Shown here: positions 12,110-25,356 of the stretch, piece by piece
How positions within the stretch are numbered: position 1 is the first letter of the stretch
How the letters are laid out: each line of letters begins with the position of its first letter
NCBI RefSeq assembly: GCF_009914755.1
Contig: NC_060931.1
Source: the human T2T-CHM13v2.0 reference genome, Homo sapiens
Strand: one strand, 5' to 3'
DNA: 64,000 nucleotides
Translations under genes and position numbers: made by a program
The notes under the pieces: generated by a model
Databases searched by the model: none
Told to the model about the DNA's origin: nothing
What the model saw: the letters and a program-made list of their open reading frames with translations, nothing else

Positions 12110-15100
12110 TATATCAGTAAAAATATTGGAGTAAACATCTTTAAAAATTACCTCCTTGGTAAAAGCAATAAGAATATTGGCAAAAATTATCAAAACCAAC
12201 TTTTTTAGAACTCTGAAAATTAACCAAATGCTTGAGGCACTAAAGGGATAATTTATTTAAGAAAAACTTTAATTTTGTTATGAACAGCAAGATTTGTGGC
12301 ATTTTAACTTGTCCTATTCTCAGCCTTCTCCCAGCTCCACAGTAGCCTTAAAAATCAACAGCTCATAATTACAGTGAAAATCTGCAGTGTGTCGACTCTT
12401 GAAAAAGTAAATGGAGATGGACCTCTTCAAAGACATGATGCAAAAAGTTGTTATTATTTGACCTCTCTGGTGGTTCTCTGGAAGACTCACTCACAAGGCT
12501 GTCTTTGTTTGATCTTACCCAGCCTAATCACTGGAAACAGCCTTTCCCCTAGGACATTTGTTGAAAACAATCAGAGACAATTGCTGAACATGCTGGTTGT
12601 CCACAGTGATAGAAAACAGTTGGGGCAAATGATAGGCTAACCTGTAAACTTAAAAGGAGAAGCTTGGAAATTAGATATCCATAGTTGGCTTTGAAAAGCT
12701 CTGCCATGTCACTGGGAATGTAGAAGGCCACATATATGCATAGTGCTATGTGTCTGCCCAGGGCCAACCTGAGAAGGCCCTAAGATTTACTACTGGCTAA
12801 CATGAGGCTCTGTGCAAGTAGGTAATGAAAGCTATTGCAGAGTTGGTAAGTGCCTGACTGAGTGGTGAAGGCATGCCCCACCACACACAGAATTCCTCAA
12901 CAAAGACTGGGAGACTTATTGGTTTCAAGAATTTAAGGAAGTATTTGTCCAATCACTAGCTGACCCCTAAGATAACCAAGCAGAGTCTTCAGTGTTCACA
13001 CATAATAAAGAGTACAGTATTTACAGAATTAGTTCAGAAAAGTCACTAAACAAACAATGAAAACAAACAGCAACAACAAAATGTTTTGGGGGAGGGAGAT
13101 ATCTGATTTTCAGATTGGTCACATTATATTATTTAAAATCTAGTTTTCAACCAAAAATTATGAGACATATAAAGCAATAAGGGGGAATAGCCCATCCACA
13201 GGGGAGAAAAAGCAGTTTATAAAAATTGCCTTAAGGAAGTTCAGATGTTCAGCTTACTGGGGAATCTCTTTAAATAATATATTTTAAATATGTAAAAGAA
13301 CTAAGGAATACTATGTTTTAAGAAGTAAAAGAAAACATGGAGACAGTGTCTCACCAAATAGAAAATATCAATAAGGATATAGAAATGATTAAAAAAAAAC
13401 AGAAAGAGACAAAGAGAGACTTGGAGTTGACAAGTACAATGACTAAAATACAAAATTTACTAGAGGGGTTGAAGAGCAGACTTGAGGAGGTAGAAGAGTC
13501 AGGTAATTTGAATGTAAAAAAATTGAAATTACCCAGTCTGAAAAACAGAAAGAAAAAAGAATGAAGAGGCCAGGCGTGGTGGCTACACCTGTAATCCCAG
13601 CACTTTGGGAGGCCAAGGCAGGTGGATCATCAGGTCAGGAGTTCGAGACCAGCCTGACTAACATGGTGAAACCCCGTCTCTACTAAAAATACAAAAAAAT
13701 TAGCCAGGCATGGTGGCATGCACCTGTAATCCCAGCTAATCCCAGCTACTCAGGAGGCTGAAGCAGGAGAATCACTTGAATCTGGGAGGCAGAGGTTGCA
13801 GTGAGCCAGGAGTGCACCACTGTACTCCAGCCTGGGCAACAGAGCCAGACTCCATCTCAAAAAAAAAAAGAATGAAGAAATATAAATAGAGCTGCAGTGA
13901 CCTCTAGGATAACATCATGCATGAAGCATACACATAATATCCCAGGAGAGGAGAGAAAAAAATGGGGCAGAAAGAATATTTGAAGAAGGAATGAATAAAA
14001 ACTATCCAAACTTTAAGAAAAACATAAATTTACACTTTCATAGAGACTAATGAACTCCAAGTAGGATAATCTCAAAGAAAGCCACACCTAAACAGATTAT
14101 AATTAACCCATTGTAAGCTAGAAAGACAGAGAGACTCTTGAAAGCAACAAAATAGGAAAGCAATTCATCATACACAGGCATCCTCAACAAGATAGAGCTG
14201 ATTTCTCATTGGAAACTGTAGAAGCCAGGAGGCAGTGTGATGATATACTTAACGTGCTGAGAGAAAAACTATTAGTGAAGAACTGTATATCTTGTAAAAC
14301 TGTCTTTCAAAAATGAAGGAGTAATTCAAATATTCCAAAATAAAGAAAAACTAGGATAACTTGCTGCTAGCAGACCTAGCCTAAAATAAATACTAAAGGA
14401 AGTCCTTCAGGCTCAAATGGAAGGACATATATAGTAATTTGAATCCACATGAAGAAATAAAGAGGACTAGTAAGGAAAACACACAAATATAAAAGCTGGT
14501 ATAAATTTTTTTAATGTAACTTTTTTCTTCTGTCTGATATAAAGCAATAATTGCTACCTTTGTTGATAGATACAAAATACACAAACATATAATTTGTAAG
14601 ATAATAGTACCAAGGAAAAGAGAGGAAATTGAGCTCTATAGAAGCAAAGTTTTTATTAATATATCCTGTTGTAATTCAGTTGGTATTAATCCAAGCTAGA
14701 CTGTCCTAAATTAAGATGTTAATTATAATCCCTGGGCTAAGAAAGTAGTTAAAAACCATATAGTAAAAGAAATAACAATGGAATTTAAAATGGTACACTT
14801 GTAAATGTCTATTTAATACAAAAGAAGGCAGCAATGGAGGAATAGAACAACAAAAAAGGTCTAAGGCATATAAAAACATCAAAAAATGGAAGACATAAAG
14901 CCCACCTTATCAGTAATTATATTAAATACAAATGGATTTAACACTCCAAATAAAAGGTAGAGATTGGCAGAATGCGTTTTTAAAATAACATGATCCAACT
15001 ATATGCTGGCTACAAGAGACACTTTAGATTAAAAAATGTAAGTAGATTGGAGGTAAAAGGATGCCAAAATACACTATACCAACCGTCACCAAAAGAGACT

Positions 15101-15658
15101 TGGAGTGGCTAGACTAATATCAGACAAAAGATACTTTAAGATATAAGATAAAACTTTTTACTAGGGACAAAAAGGACATTTTACAATGTTAAAAGGATTG
15201 ATTTATCGAGAAGATATAACAATTAAAACATATTCACCTAACAACAGAGCCCAAGAATACACAAAATTTAAAATGACACAATTGAAGGGAGAAACAGACA
15301 ATTCACTGGTAATTGTTGGATGTTTCAGTCTTCTGTTTTCAATATTGGATATAACTAGACAGAAGATTCACAAGGAAATGGAAAACTTGAACATTATGAA
15401 CCAACCAGATGTAGCAGACATCTATAGCACACTCACCCCAACAACAAAATACACGTTATTTTCAAGTGTGCATGGAACATTCTCTAGCATAGACCATACA
15501 TTAAGCCATACAACAGTCTCAATAAATGTAAAAGGATTGAAATCACACAAAATGTGTTCTCCAACTACAATGAAATGAAATTAGAAACTGATAATACAGG
15601 GAAAATTGAAAAATTAAAATATGTGGAAATTTTACAACACATCCCTAAGTAATCAAGG
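12110..15658 (+). mobile_element. Old LINE-1 (L1M) 5' region: 5'UTR, ORF1 and ORF2 endonuclease remnants
   Basis: ORF1-like coiled coil at 13337-13564 (SHQIENINKDIEMIKK..EGLKSRLE); endonuclease-like ORF at 15186-15578 (YSPNNRA..TQLKGETDNS..YTLFSSVHGTFSSIDHTLSH); interrupted by an Alu. Confidence 0.88.
13568..13869 (+). mobile_element. AluS element, full length
   Basis: Dimeric Alu with A-tail; TSD AAAAAAGAATGAAGA on both sides; internal 10-bp tandem duplication TAATCCCAGC at 13727-13746. Confidence 0.96.
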
Positions 15659-16637
15659 GTTCCACCTGGTACGCATGGGATTGGTCAGTGCTAGTCATGT
15701 CGATGATTATCAGTGATGAGCCTGAAGGCTAGAGCCAGTGTTAGGCAGGGCCTAGGAAATGCTGCTGTGTTCAATTTTCAAATATTTCTTAGATCTGTTT
15801 TTGTAAACAAACAAACAAACCTTTAATGGTGTCCCAAATAAGGTCTCAATCCCATTATAATCCAACCTCTGAATCTATTGGTCCATTACTCATTACTACC
15901 TAACTCAACTGCCCAGCCGGGCGGATCCCTCAAAGTCTCATAATGCAGAATGTGCCTTCCCATCCTCTGTGCCTTGGCTATGCTTTTCTTTTTTTTATTA
16001 TTTTTTATTTTTTCATTTTGAGTGCCTGCTCTCATTTATCTCTGTTATCAAAACAATATGATATCATATGCATGTAATGTTTTATAAACTATAAAATAAT
16101 ATATAAATATGAACTATATTTACTGGAATCCACACCCTGCAAGAACTAGTTTTTGTCCCCCTCCTTCCAGGAAAACTTACTAAACCCCTATAGCCTTCAG
16201 TGATTGACTTTTTCTTTTCTATGTTTTCTGCCTGCTTATCTTCCTTCAACCATTCTGAATTTTGTGTTAATCATTTCTTGTTTTTGTCACAGTATTTATT
16301 ATAAACTGTTTTATTTTGCCTGTTTTTTAACTTCACATAAAAGCAGTCATAACATATTCATGCTTCTGTACTTTTTTCTTTCTTCTTTTCACCAGGGGTC
16401 TGTTAGTTAATTTCAGTAGGTATTATACACATGCTGCAAAAAAATCAAAACAATACAAAACAATACACAATAGACTAAAAATCCCTGCTTCCTCCCCTAT
16501 TGCTGCCACTCTATGGACCCCTCCATCTTCTCCCCATAGATAATCACTCATTAATTTATTTTGAATCTTTCCAATATGAGCAAATACAATTATATTTTTA
16601 TGTTTCTAGATTTTTGATTTTTAAAAATAAACATCTT

Positions 16638-16930
16638 GGCTGGGCGCGGTGGCTTACGCTTGTAATCCCAGCACTTTGAGAGGCCGAGGTGGGCAGATTA
16701 TGAAGTCAGGAGTTTGAGACCAGCCTGGCCAACACAATGAAACCCCGTCTCTACTAAAAATGCAAAAATTAGCTGTGTGTGGTGGCGAGCACCTGTAATT
16801 CCAGCTACTCAGGAGGCTGAGGCAGGAGAATCACTTGAACCCAGGAAACAGAGGTTGCAGTAAGCCGAGATCACGCCATTGCACTCCAGCCTGGGCGACA
16901 CAGCGAACTCTGTCTCAAAAAAAAAAAAAA
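16638..16930 (+). mobile_element. AluS element, full length
   Basis: GGCTGGGCGCGGTGGCT...A-tail; TSD AAACATCTT. Confidence 0.96.
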
Positions 16931-16939
16931 CAAACATCT

Positions 16940-17990
16940 TATCACATATAGATCTTTCCACATCCTTAACACAAAGCATTTTCTCATTCTTTTTTATAAC
17001 TACATAATATTCCATAATGTACATCTACTATGGTTTCTATACCAGTCCTCTATTAATGGACATGACTATTCTCTAACATTTTACTAATACAATGTGCAGA
17101 TCATAACATATGTCATCTCTTATGTGTGCATGTATTTCTGTAGGATAAATCCCTGTGAGTGGGACTCCTGGGTCAAAGGTGAGATACATTTGTAATGTGA
17201 TAGATATTGCCAAATTATACTTCATAAAGAATATACTATTTGTACTCATACCAATGATATATGGGTGCCTCTTTCCCTTCAGCATCACTAAACTTAATTT
17301 TTGCTAATTTAATAACTGAAAAAATGCATCTGATTGTGGTTTAATTTAAATTCTCTTATTATGAAAGAAGTTGGGTATTTTTTTCTTATGTTTATAATAA
17401 TTTATTTGACTTTTCTGTGAACTGGTTTTTCTGTCCTTTGCACATTTTTCTCTTAGATTATTGATACTTTAAAAAATAAATTCCCAGCATATTAATTCTG
17501 AATATTATTTTCCCCTCTGGTTTGCCATTTGTCTTCTGACAAATGGCAGATGGTTTTGTCACAAAAAAGATTGTTTAATGTAATCAGTTTTGTCAGTTTT
17601 AAAACAGCTTCTGCATTTTGAATCAAAGTTAGAAAGGACTCTCCTAACATAATTTTATAAAGAAGTTCTCTTCTGTTCTCTTTTCTGGTACTTAATAATT
17701 TCATTTAAACCTTTGAGTTTATATTGCTTTATGGTATAATAAATACATCTGTGTCTTTTCTAAGTGGAGTTGCCTGATTGCCCCAAACCAATATTGTATA
17801 TAAGGTTCAATGTCAATGCATATAACTGTAGTTAATTCATTTTAAATGTTGAATTCCAAAGTGCGAATATAAATAATGTCTTTATCTTCTCCACTGATAA
17901 TGAGCATTTCGATTGCTTCCAGTGTTTTGCTATTATGAATAGATCTGCTGTAAACATACTTATACATGTCTTATTTTTTAAGTCTACAGC
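16940..17990 (-). mobile_element. Very old L1 (L1ME-like) fragments
   Basis: Degenerate antisense L1 motifs (TCTGTAGGATAAATCCCTGTGAGTGGGACTCCTGGGTCAAAGG; TGATTGTGGTTTAATTT; TTCCAGTGTTTTGCTATTATGAATA). Confidence 0.65.
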
Positions 17991-20610
17991 ACTTACTGTC
18001 TATCACTTATACCTCACATTAATTGAATAACTGAATTGCTATTTAACTGTTTCCTACCATTTACTCATTCTTTTTTTTACTAGAATTTAATGAAAGGTCA
18101 TCTTACATCTTTGGACTATGTGCCATATTGACTAGGAGAGGAATAAGCTCTCAGTGGGAAATGAATTGAATTGAGGTGAATTAACTTGAATAGAATTAGT
18201 AGCCTGCTGTGGGCAGAGAAATGTAATATAAAATTAACTATTTCCTAATAATTCACCAAAACCAGAAAAAATGGGATGAAGTAAATTGTGCACATATTTT
18301 GACCATATTATTTTTTAAGATTACAGAGAGATTAAATCTTAACCAGTACCAAAGAAACCAATTAATTAATTCATCTGCCTTTGATACCTATAATTTCTCA
18401 TGTGCATAGGAACACTGATGCAGTTTCTGTGATCTATCAAAAGCAGATGAAATATGGTGGAAAATTTGTTGCACAATTTACTTTTCACCGATCCAAAAAG
18501 AACATGTTGCCCTTATTTGGCATATTTTTCACATCGTTATTTTGACTAATCTATTTGTTCAAATGATAGGCGTCTTGAAGTTACTACATCCTCTTACGGT
18601 AGAAGCAAATGTTATGTCTTTCAGAATGCATTCCAGGCTAGGTTTTTATCCAGGGATTAAAAGCCTGAGTTTTAAGTGAACAAAATCTACATGTCTTTCA
18701 GAACTATAATTGATTTTCCTCCTTACCCGGCTATCACAGCAAGTGCTATACTAAAATAGTCACCAATAGACTTGTGCTATCCCTTTTTAGGGATGATTCA
18801 ACTTATGAAAAATAAATGAGTAGCTTTTGTTCACACTGAGGCTTACCAGAGACTCATATTTATATTACAGTTAAGAGGCAATCTGACAATGACAACATTT
18901 CCATTAACCATAACACACTGAGCTCTCAGGAAATGGTATACCCAAGGGAAAGCAGTTTTAAAAATGAGATCTTGTGTAAATGTTTGGAGTAAGAAAATGT
19001 ATTAAATGATAATTTAATAGAAGAATTTTTTATTATTAAGTAAAATTACTTAGTAGTAATAACCCATTAAGACAACATATTGTGTTGTAATTTATACAGA
19101 ATTTGTTTAAATTTGCATGGTGCTTTGATCACAGAACATTTCCCCTGCTATTTTGATTACTGTGTAACACTTTGAAAAGCCCTTACTGCTTATTCCTAAA
19201 AGGTATCATTCTAATCATTCTACCTAGGGAGCGTGCTGCCATAGAGAATCATTCCACAAATACCACTCGGTACTCACTGTGTTTGCCCACAAGGAATTAT
19301 TTGTTTTAAAAATGATGTGAAATTCTCCATTCTGAGACACATAGGAATTCCTAGCCAATTACCTCAATAAACTCCAATGCTATGATGCCTCACATTTCTA
19401 TTTTACAATCCCATCTTTTATTCACATTTTCTGGGTTTGCTGAGGAAAAGAGTAGGCATATGTCTAACATTATTGTTAATACTTAACATTCACTCATGAG
19501 AAAAACAATCTATATCTTTCCTTTCTGCTTTTTACATCATTTCTAAATTTATTCAACAATTTAAAAGGGATTATTCTCCGCTTTGGATTTCTGCTTAAAA
19601 TAAATCTTACTGTAATTTGGTGGAATAGTATGGAGTTTTTTTCAATCAAAAAAAATATTTCTAGAGTAGAAAATGAGTATTTTGTACCAGTATTTGCCTT
19701 AAGATTATAAAGGGCAGCAGCGGATAATGATACCTCATGACTCTTTAGTTTAATGAGAAGAGAAAACTCAGTTGATCACAGATCATTCCCAGGGTTTTTC
19801 AAAACTCAATTTGTAAAGACGAGGCCTCTTTTGTCTGGTTATGGAAGATGTGACCTGGAACTCTCTGTAGCTATGTTCCCCATGACATGGAAAAACTCTT
19901 CTAAGAGAATGAATCTGGAGTGCTGCAAGAAACAGAGAAAGAGAGTATTCTAATGGTGTTCAAATCTCTTTTTAGTGATCCTTAAAGGTAGTTCCAACCA
20001 CCCTTCTCTCACTGTTACATAAAGCCAATAAAACCCCAACTGGCTTAAACTAGTTCGAATTATGTGCCTGTCATATGCAACTAGATAACAGCAAGACATT
20101 TAGGCATTATACCTAAAAGTGGGGTTTTACAAAGTAAAGACCATAAAATGTAGTTCTGTTTGAGGTGGGAGACCATGAGGAGATAGCAATCCTTTGAAAA
20201 TGATATCAAGGGAGTTGGTTAAATCTGTTTCCAGTTTTCTGTTAGGACATAGGCCATATACACAAAAGCTGTTACTTAAGAGGATTTCATAGCAAATGTC
20301 AGGGTATTGGAGGGTGTTGGCGAATTCTTGCCACCTTCAATAAATTACAGGAAAGAAACAAGCTAGGATCTTTTTTCTGATTTATCAGACAGAATAAAAA
20401 GTCCATTAGTATGGATCAGCAATTTTTTAAGAGAAACTCTGGCTGTGGCCAGAAATACAAGTTAGCAAAAGTCAAAAAATCATGGGTCCTACTGAGGTAC
20501 AAAAACTGAACATGTTGTCCTATATCAACCAGAGTGTATTAGCTTGGAGTAGTGTTTTTCAGGAGTCAGAGTAATGGGGGAGGTTTAATCTCCCATGATT
20601 CATCAAGTTA

Positions 20611-21811
20611 CAGTCATGCATCTCTTAACAACAGGGATATTTTGAGAAATGTATTGTTAGGTGATTTCATCTTTGTGTGAACATCATAGAGTGTACTTAC
20701 ACAAACCCAAATGAGATAGCCACTGCACGCCTAGGCAATATGGCAGAGCCTATTGTTCCTAGGCTACTAACCAGTACAGCATGTTACTGTAATGAATACT
20801 GTAGGCAATTGTGACATGATGGTATTTGTGTATCTAAACATATCTCAACATAGAAAAGGTACAGTAAAATATATATATAAAAGATTTAAAATGGTATGTC
20901 TGTGTAGGGCACTTACTATGAATGGAGCTTGCAGGACTGGAAGTTGCTCTGGGTGAGTGAGTGAGTGAGTGAGTAGTGAATGAAGATGAGGGCCTAGGAC
21001 AATACTGCACACCACTGTAGACTTTATAAACACTGTACACTTAGGCTACAATAAATTTAAAGTAGCTTTATTTCTTCAATAATAAATTAGCCTTGGCTTA
21101 CTGTGACTTTTTTACTTCATACATTTTTTAAACTTTTAAAGATACTTTTTAACTCTTTCGTAATAGCACTTAGCTTAAAACGCAAATACATTGTGCAGCT
21201 GTACAAAAATATTTTCTTTCTTATATCTTGATTCTATAAGCTTTTTGGATTTCTTCTTTTTTTTTTTACTTTTTGACCCTTTTTAATTAAAATCTAAGAT
21301 GCAAACACACACATTAGCCTAGGCATTCACAGGGTCAATTTCATCAATATCACCATCTTCCTTCTCCACATCTTGTCCCACTGGAAGGTTTTCAGAGGCA
21401 ATAACATGCATGGAGTTCTATCTCCTGTGATAGCAATGCCTTCCTCTGGAATACCTCCTGAAGCACCTGCCTGAGGTTGTTTTACAGTTAACTTTTTCCA
21501 TAAGTAGGAGTACACACCAAAATAATAAATTGTTAGTATTATAAATACCTAAACCAGTAACATAGTTATTATCATTGTCAAGTATTATATACTGTGCATA
21601 ATTATATTGCTATAATTTTATATAACTGGCCACACAATGGGTGTGTTTTGGCAGCATAACTACAAACACATGAATTATGTGTTGTACTATAACATTCTAA
21701 TGGCTACAGTGTCACCTGGCTGTACGAATTTTTAGTTCCATTACAGTCTTACGGGACCACCACCTTATGTGCGGTCATTGACTGAAACATCATCATTTGG
21801 TGCATGAATGT
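20611..21811 (+). mobile_element. Tigger3/Golem internally deleted DNA transposon (Tigger3b-like, ~1.2 kb)
   Basis: TACAGTCATGCATCTCTTAAC at the start and CATCATTTGGTGCATGAATG at the end; (GAGT)n tract near 20953-20973; ends homologous to 2793-3173. Confidence 0.85.
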
Positions 21812-22124
21812 GTCTTCTATGCACTTCCTGCCTAAATCCTCTAAAACTCTGATTTCAAAGCACAGAAACCTGGAATCAATCCCCATACAAGATAAAACTT
21901 TCTATTATCTCTGACTATCTAAGACAGTGACCTCAATTTAAACAGGCCTTTAAATTGAGGATAGAAGAAATAGACGGAGACTTAAACCTGTTGCTGAGAG
22001 ATTTAAAACTAGGGTTACAGGCTAGATACAAATATTTTACTCGGTAAGTGTAGCAGATTGTGTCTTCTAAAGTTAGACACAAAAATATTTTCCATACCAT
22101 ATTCTTACTATGTAATACGGATAC

Positions 22125-24675
22125 TCTAACTATTGCATAATATGGTCTATGTCCCCTGAATCCTGAATGGACCTTTATGACTGCCTCAACCAAGAGAGTT
22201 TAGTGAAAGCAATACCATAGGACTTATGAGGCTAGTTCAGAAAAATGCCATATACTTCCAGCCTGCTCTCCTGGAATATGCAGTCCTGGAACCCAGCTAT
22301 CAGACTGTGAGCAACTGGCCCATATAGAAAAAACACATGCTGAGGCCATGTAGAGAGACTCTCACTGATAGTCCTAGTCAACAGCCAGTATCAACCAGAT
22401 ATATAAAGACAACTCTAGATGATTCTGGCCCCCAGCTAGATGACTGAGTCATCACCAGCCTTCAACACTTCCAGCTGAAGCCCCATACACCATGGAAAAA
22501 GGCGGTCTTACTGTGCTCTGTTCTAATTCCTGGCCCATACAATTTCTAAGCCTACTAAAATGGCTGTGTTACGCCACTAACATTGGAATGGTTTGTCACA
22601 AAGCAATAAATACTACAACAGCTTTTGGGTACTAGTAGTGGAGTGCTGCCAAAAAGAAAATCTGAAGCATGTGGCATTGGTTATAGGCAGAAGAGAGCAG
22701 AAACTCAAAGTGCCTTGCGATACTATTTGAAAGTTTATCAAGCTTGTCCAACCCACAGCCCGTGGGCCACATGCAGCCCAGGACAGCTTTGAATGCAGCC
22801 CAACACAAATTTGTAAACTTTCTTAAAACATTATGACTTTTTTTTTGCTTTTTTTTTTTAAGTTTTGGCTCTTCAACTATCATTAGTGTTAGTGTGTTTT
22901 ATGTGTGGCCCAAGACGATTCTTCTTCTTCCTAAGTGGCCCAGGGAAGCCAAAAGATTGGTCACCCCTGCCTCTTAAATTGTTTCTAAGCGACAGTTAGC
23001 TAAAGCTAAAAGGCCTGAAGGAGGCTGTCAATGAGGGTTTAACAGAAAGGTATGGTGAATGTTACTAGGAACTGGAGGAAGGGAAGCAATTGCTATGTAC
23101 TGGCAGAAAGTTTGCCAAGATTGTTTTCTGCGATAACGTAGAAAATAGAAAATGTACCTAAAATTTGATGATTGCAGAATATTAAAAGGGCACCTATGAT
23201 AAAATGTGAGAGGAGAGAAGAACTAAAGAATGCAATATTAGACAAAAAAGACTGTCAATTCCTGGGTTCTAAAGTAAACCTGTGTCTCATACCCAGGATT
23301 TCCATATGGAAAATAATTTTTTTAAATTAAGAAATGACTTCTGGGCAAAGATCAAGTCCAGGATGGTGATTAAGAGTCTTTGTGAAGACTTCAGAAACAC
23401 ATAACATAGTGACTGATATATAACCTTTCAGAGAGACAGAAGGCCCCCTAGGTATCTTAGAGTGCACCACATAGATATTACACATTAAAAAGAAAAGATT
23501 TATAAGAATAATAAATGTGTTATCCAATGAAAGTTTCACAGTTTGAGCTCAAGATAGGGAAAGAATAATCTCAAAGATATTTGTAGGTGTAGCTTTGACC
23601 TAATAGAATGTATTATATGTTGATACATAAGAAACTCACAAGATTTCTTTAAGTAATTGTAACAGCACAGACTCAACAGACAGAGTCAGTACAGCTCCAT
23701 CGAACAGGCAGTTCCTTTGAATTCCCAAGTTTGCAAGCTGGAAGCTGGTTAAAAGAATGACTTAGGTGCAAACATGGAGTATTTTTGGTGGAAAAAGAAG
23801 ATGATTGACTTGGAAACCGGAATGAATAGCCCAGAAGGTGAAAGCAAGATCCATGAAAAACAATCTTTAAAGAGCAAGAATAAGCCCTAGTCAAGAAAGT
23901 GACAACACATCCCTGGCTGGATTTCGGAACTGCTGTGGAACAGTGACTGTTACGTGCTTCCTGTTTTACCAGTATCTGAAGGGATTTTGTATAGCAGATA
24001 TTCTAGGACTATCTCAATATATGCTGAGCGTGTGTGAAGAACAGATAACTTGTCCCTTTAGTTCAGAGCTTTTCAGATCAAGAGGAATAGTACTCAAGCA
24101 GCTATACTAATTAACCACACCTGAGGAGCATCGTCCACACCTAGACTTGATTCAGATGACAAGTACCAGACTAAGCTGTGGAGACTTGAAGATCTTAAAG
24201 GATGAAATCATTCTATTAGGCAGATGGAAAGAATGTGAGCTTTCATGTCCACAGGGCAAATGGCAAAACATTATATTTTCTGAAGATTGCAAGTATACCT
24301 CCCATTCCACATACTCTTCTTAAATAACAAATACTACATGACTTTGAAAGCCAGTTCATAAAAATTTCATGGACTCCACTTTACTCTTTTGGAACATTTT
24401 CTTTTGAAACCCAGTCACCGTTCATAAAGACACCAAAGCAACTCATAGAAGCCTAGCTGGAGAGGAACTGATGCCCCAGGTGACAGCCAGCACTAACTTG
24501 CCAATGAATTGTCCCATTTGGGCTATCTCAGCTGATGTTGTATTCAGCAGAGAAAAGATATCCTTACCTTTCCTGCCCAAACTGCAGATTTTTGAGCAAA
24601 ATTAATGATTAGGGTTTTTTTTTTAATCAACTAACTTTTGAGGTATTTTTTTTTAACACAACAACAGATGATCCA
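22125..24675 (+). mobile_element. MaLR element with LTR-internal-LTR layout (MLT1G/H-like)
   Basis: LTR ending ...GCCACTAACATTGGAATGGTTTGTCACAAAGCAATAAATACTACAACA (22620), then an MLT-internal start (TTTTGGGTACTAGTAGTGGAGTGCTGC), ~1.4 kb of internal sequence and a second LTR at ~24258-24675. Confidence 0.7.
22739..22969. mobile_element. MER30 hAT-Charlie MITE inserted in the MaLR internal region
   Basis: CTTGTCCAACCCACAGCCCGTGGGCCACATGCAGCCCAGGACAGCTTTGAATGCAGCCCAACACAAATT...GGCCCAGGGAAGCCAAAAGATTGGTCACCCCTG. Confidence 0.85.
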
Positions 24676-24694
24676 TTTCTGGTATCATGTATAG

Positions 24695-24908
24695 CAGTGG
24701 TTCTCAACTGAGGATGGGTTTGCTCTCCAGAAGACATTTGGCAATGTCTGGAGGTATTTTTGGTTGTCATAACTGGAGTGGGATGCTAGTGGCCTTTAGT
24801 GAGTCGAGGCCCAGAATGCTATTATACATTCTGCAATACACAGGAGAGCTCCCTACAACAAAGATTATCTGATCCAAATTATCATTAGTATCATGGCTGA
24901 GGAATACT
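24695..24908. mobile_element. MER20 hAT-Charlie element
   Basis: CAGTGGTTCTCAACT...GACATTTGGCAATGTCTGGAGGTATTTTTGGTTGTCATAACTGG...CAACAAAGATTATCTG. Confidence 0.85.
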
Positions 24909-25356
24909 TATTTAAAGGTTCCCTTGAAATAAAAATGACAGTCAAATGTTAAGTAAATCCCAAGCCTGGCAAAAGTAGCCTATATCTCGTTGTATTATGG
25001 CATCCCCCAAATCCCAAATACCCAAAGGACAGGACAGGATAGGACAGTTGTTGGGATAGGACTACTCTCCAGAACAAAAATTTCAAACAATGCCTCTCTG
25101 GAAGGTCATCACAGGGGACAATGGATAAGGAAGGGCATCTCGGTAGTAAGAATTCAGTGCATACACAATGGAAGACCAAGAACCTAACTCCACCCTTAGG
25201 AAAGTTAGCTCTTATGTTCTCAGTTCTGCATGATATAATATTTGCTATGAAACAGTTTGGAACAGAACAGATTGCTTTTGTTTTTTACCAAGAAGTTTTA
25301 CTGTTGCTACCTTGCTTTCGTTTCCCCAAACAGAAGTGGGTTAAATAATGTTTATT

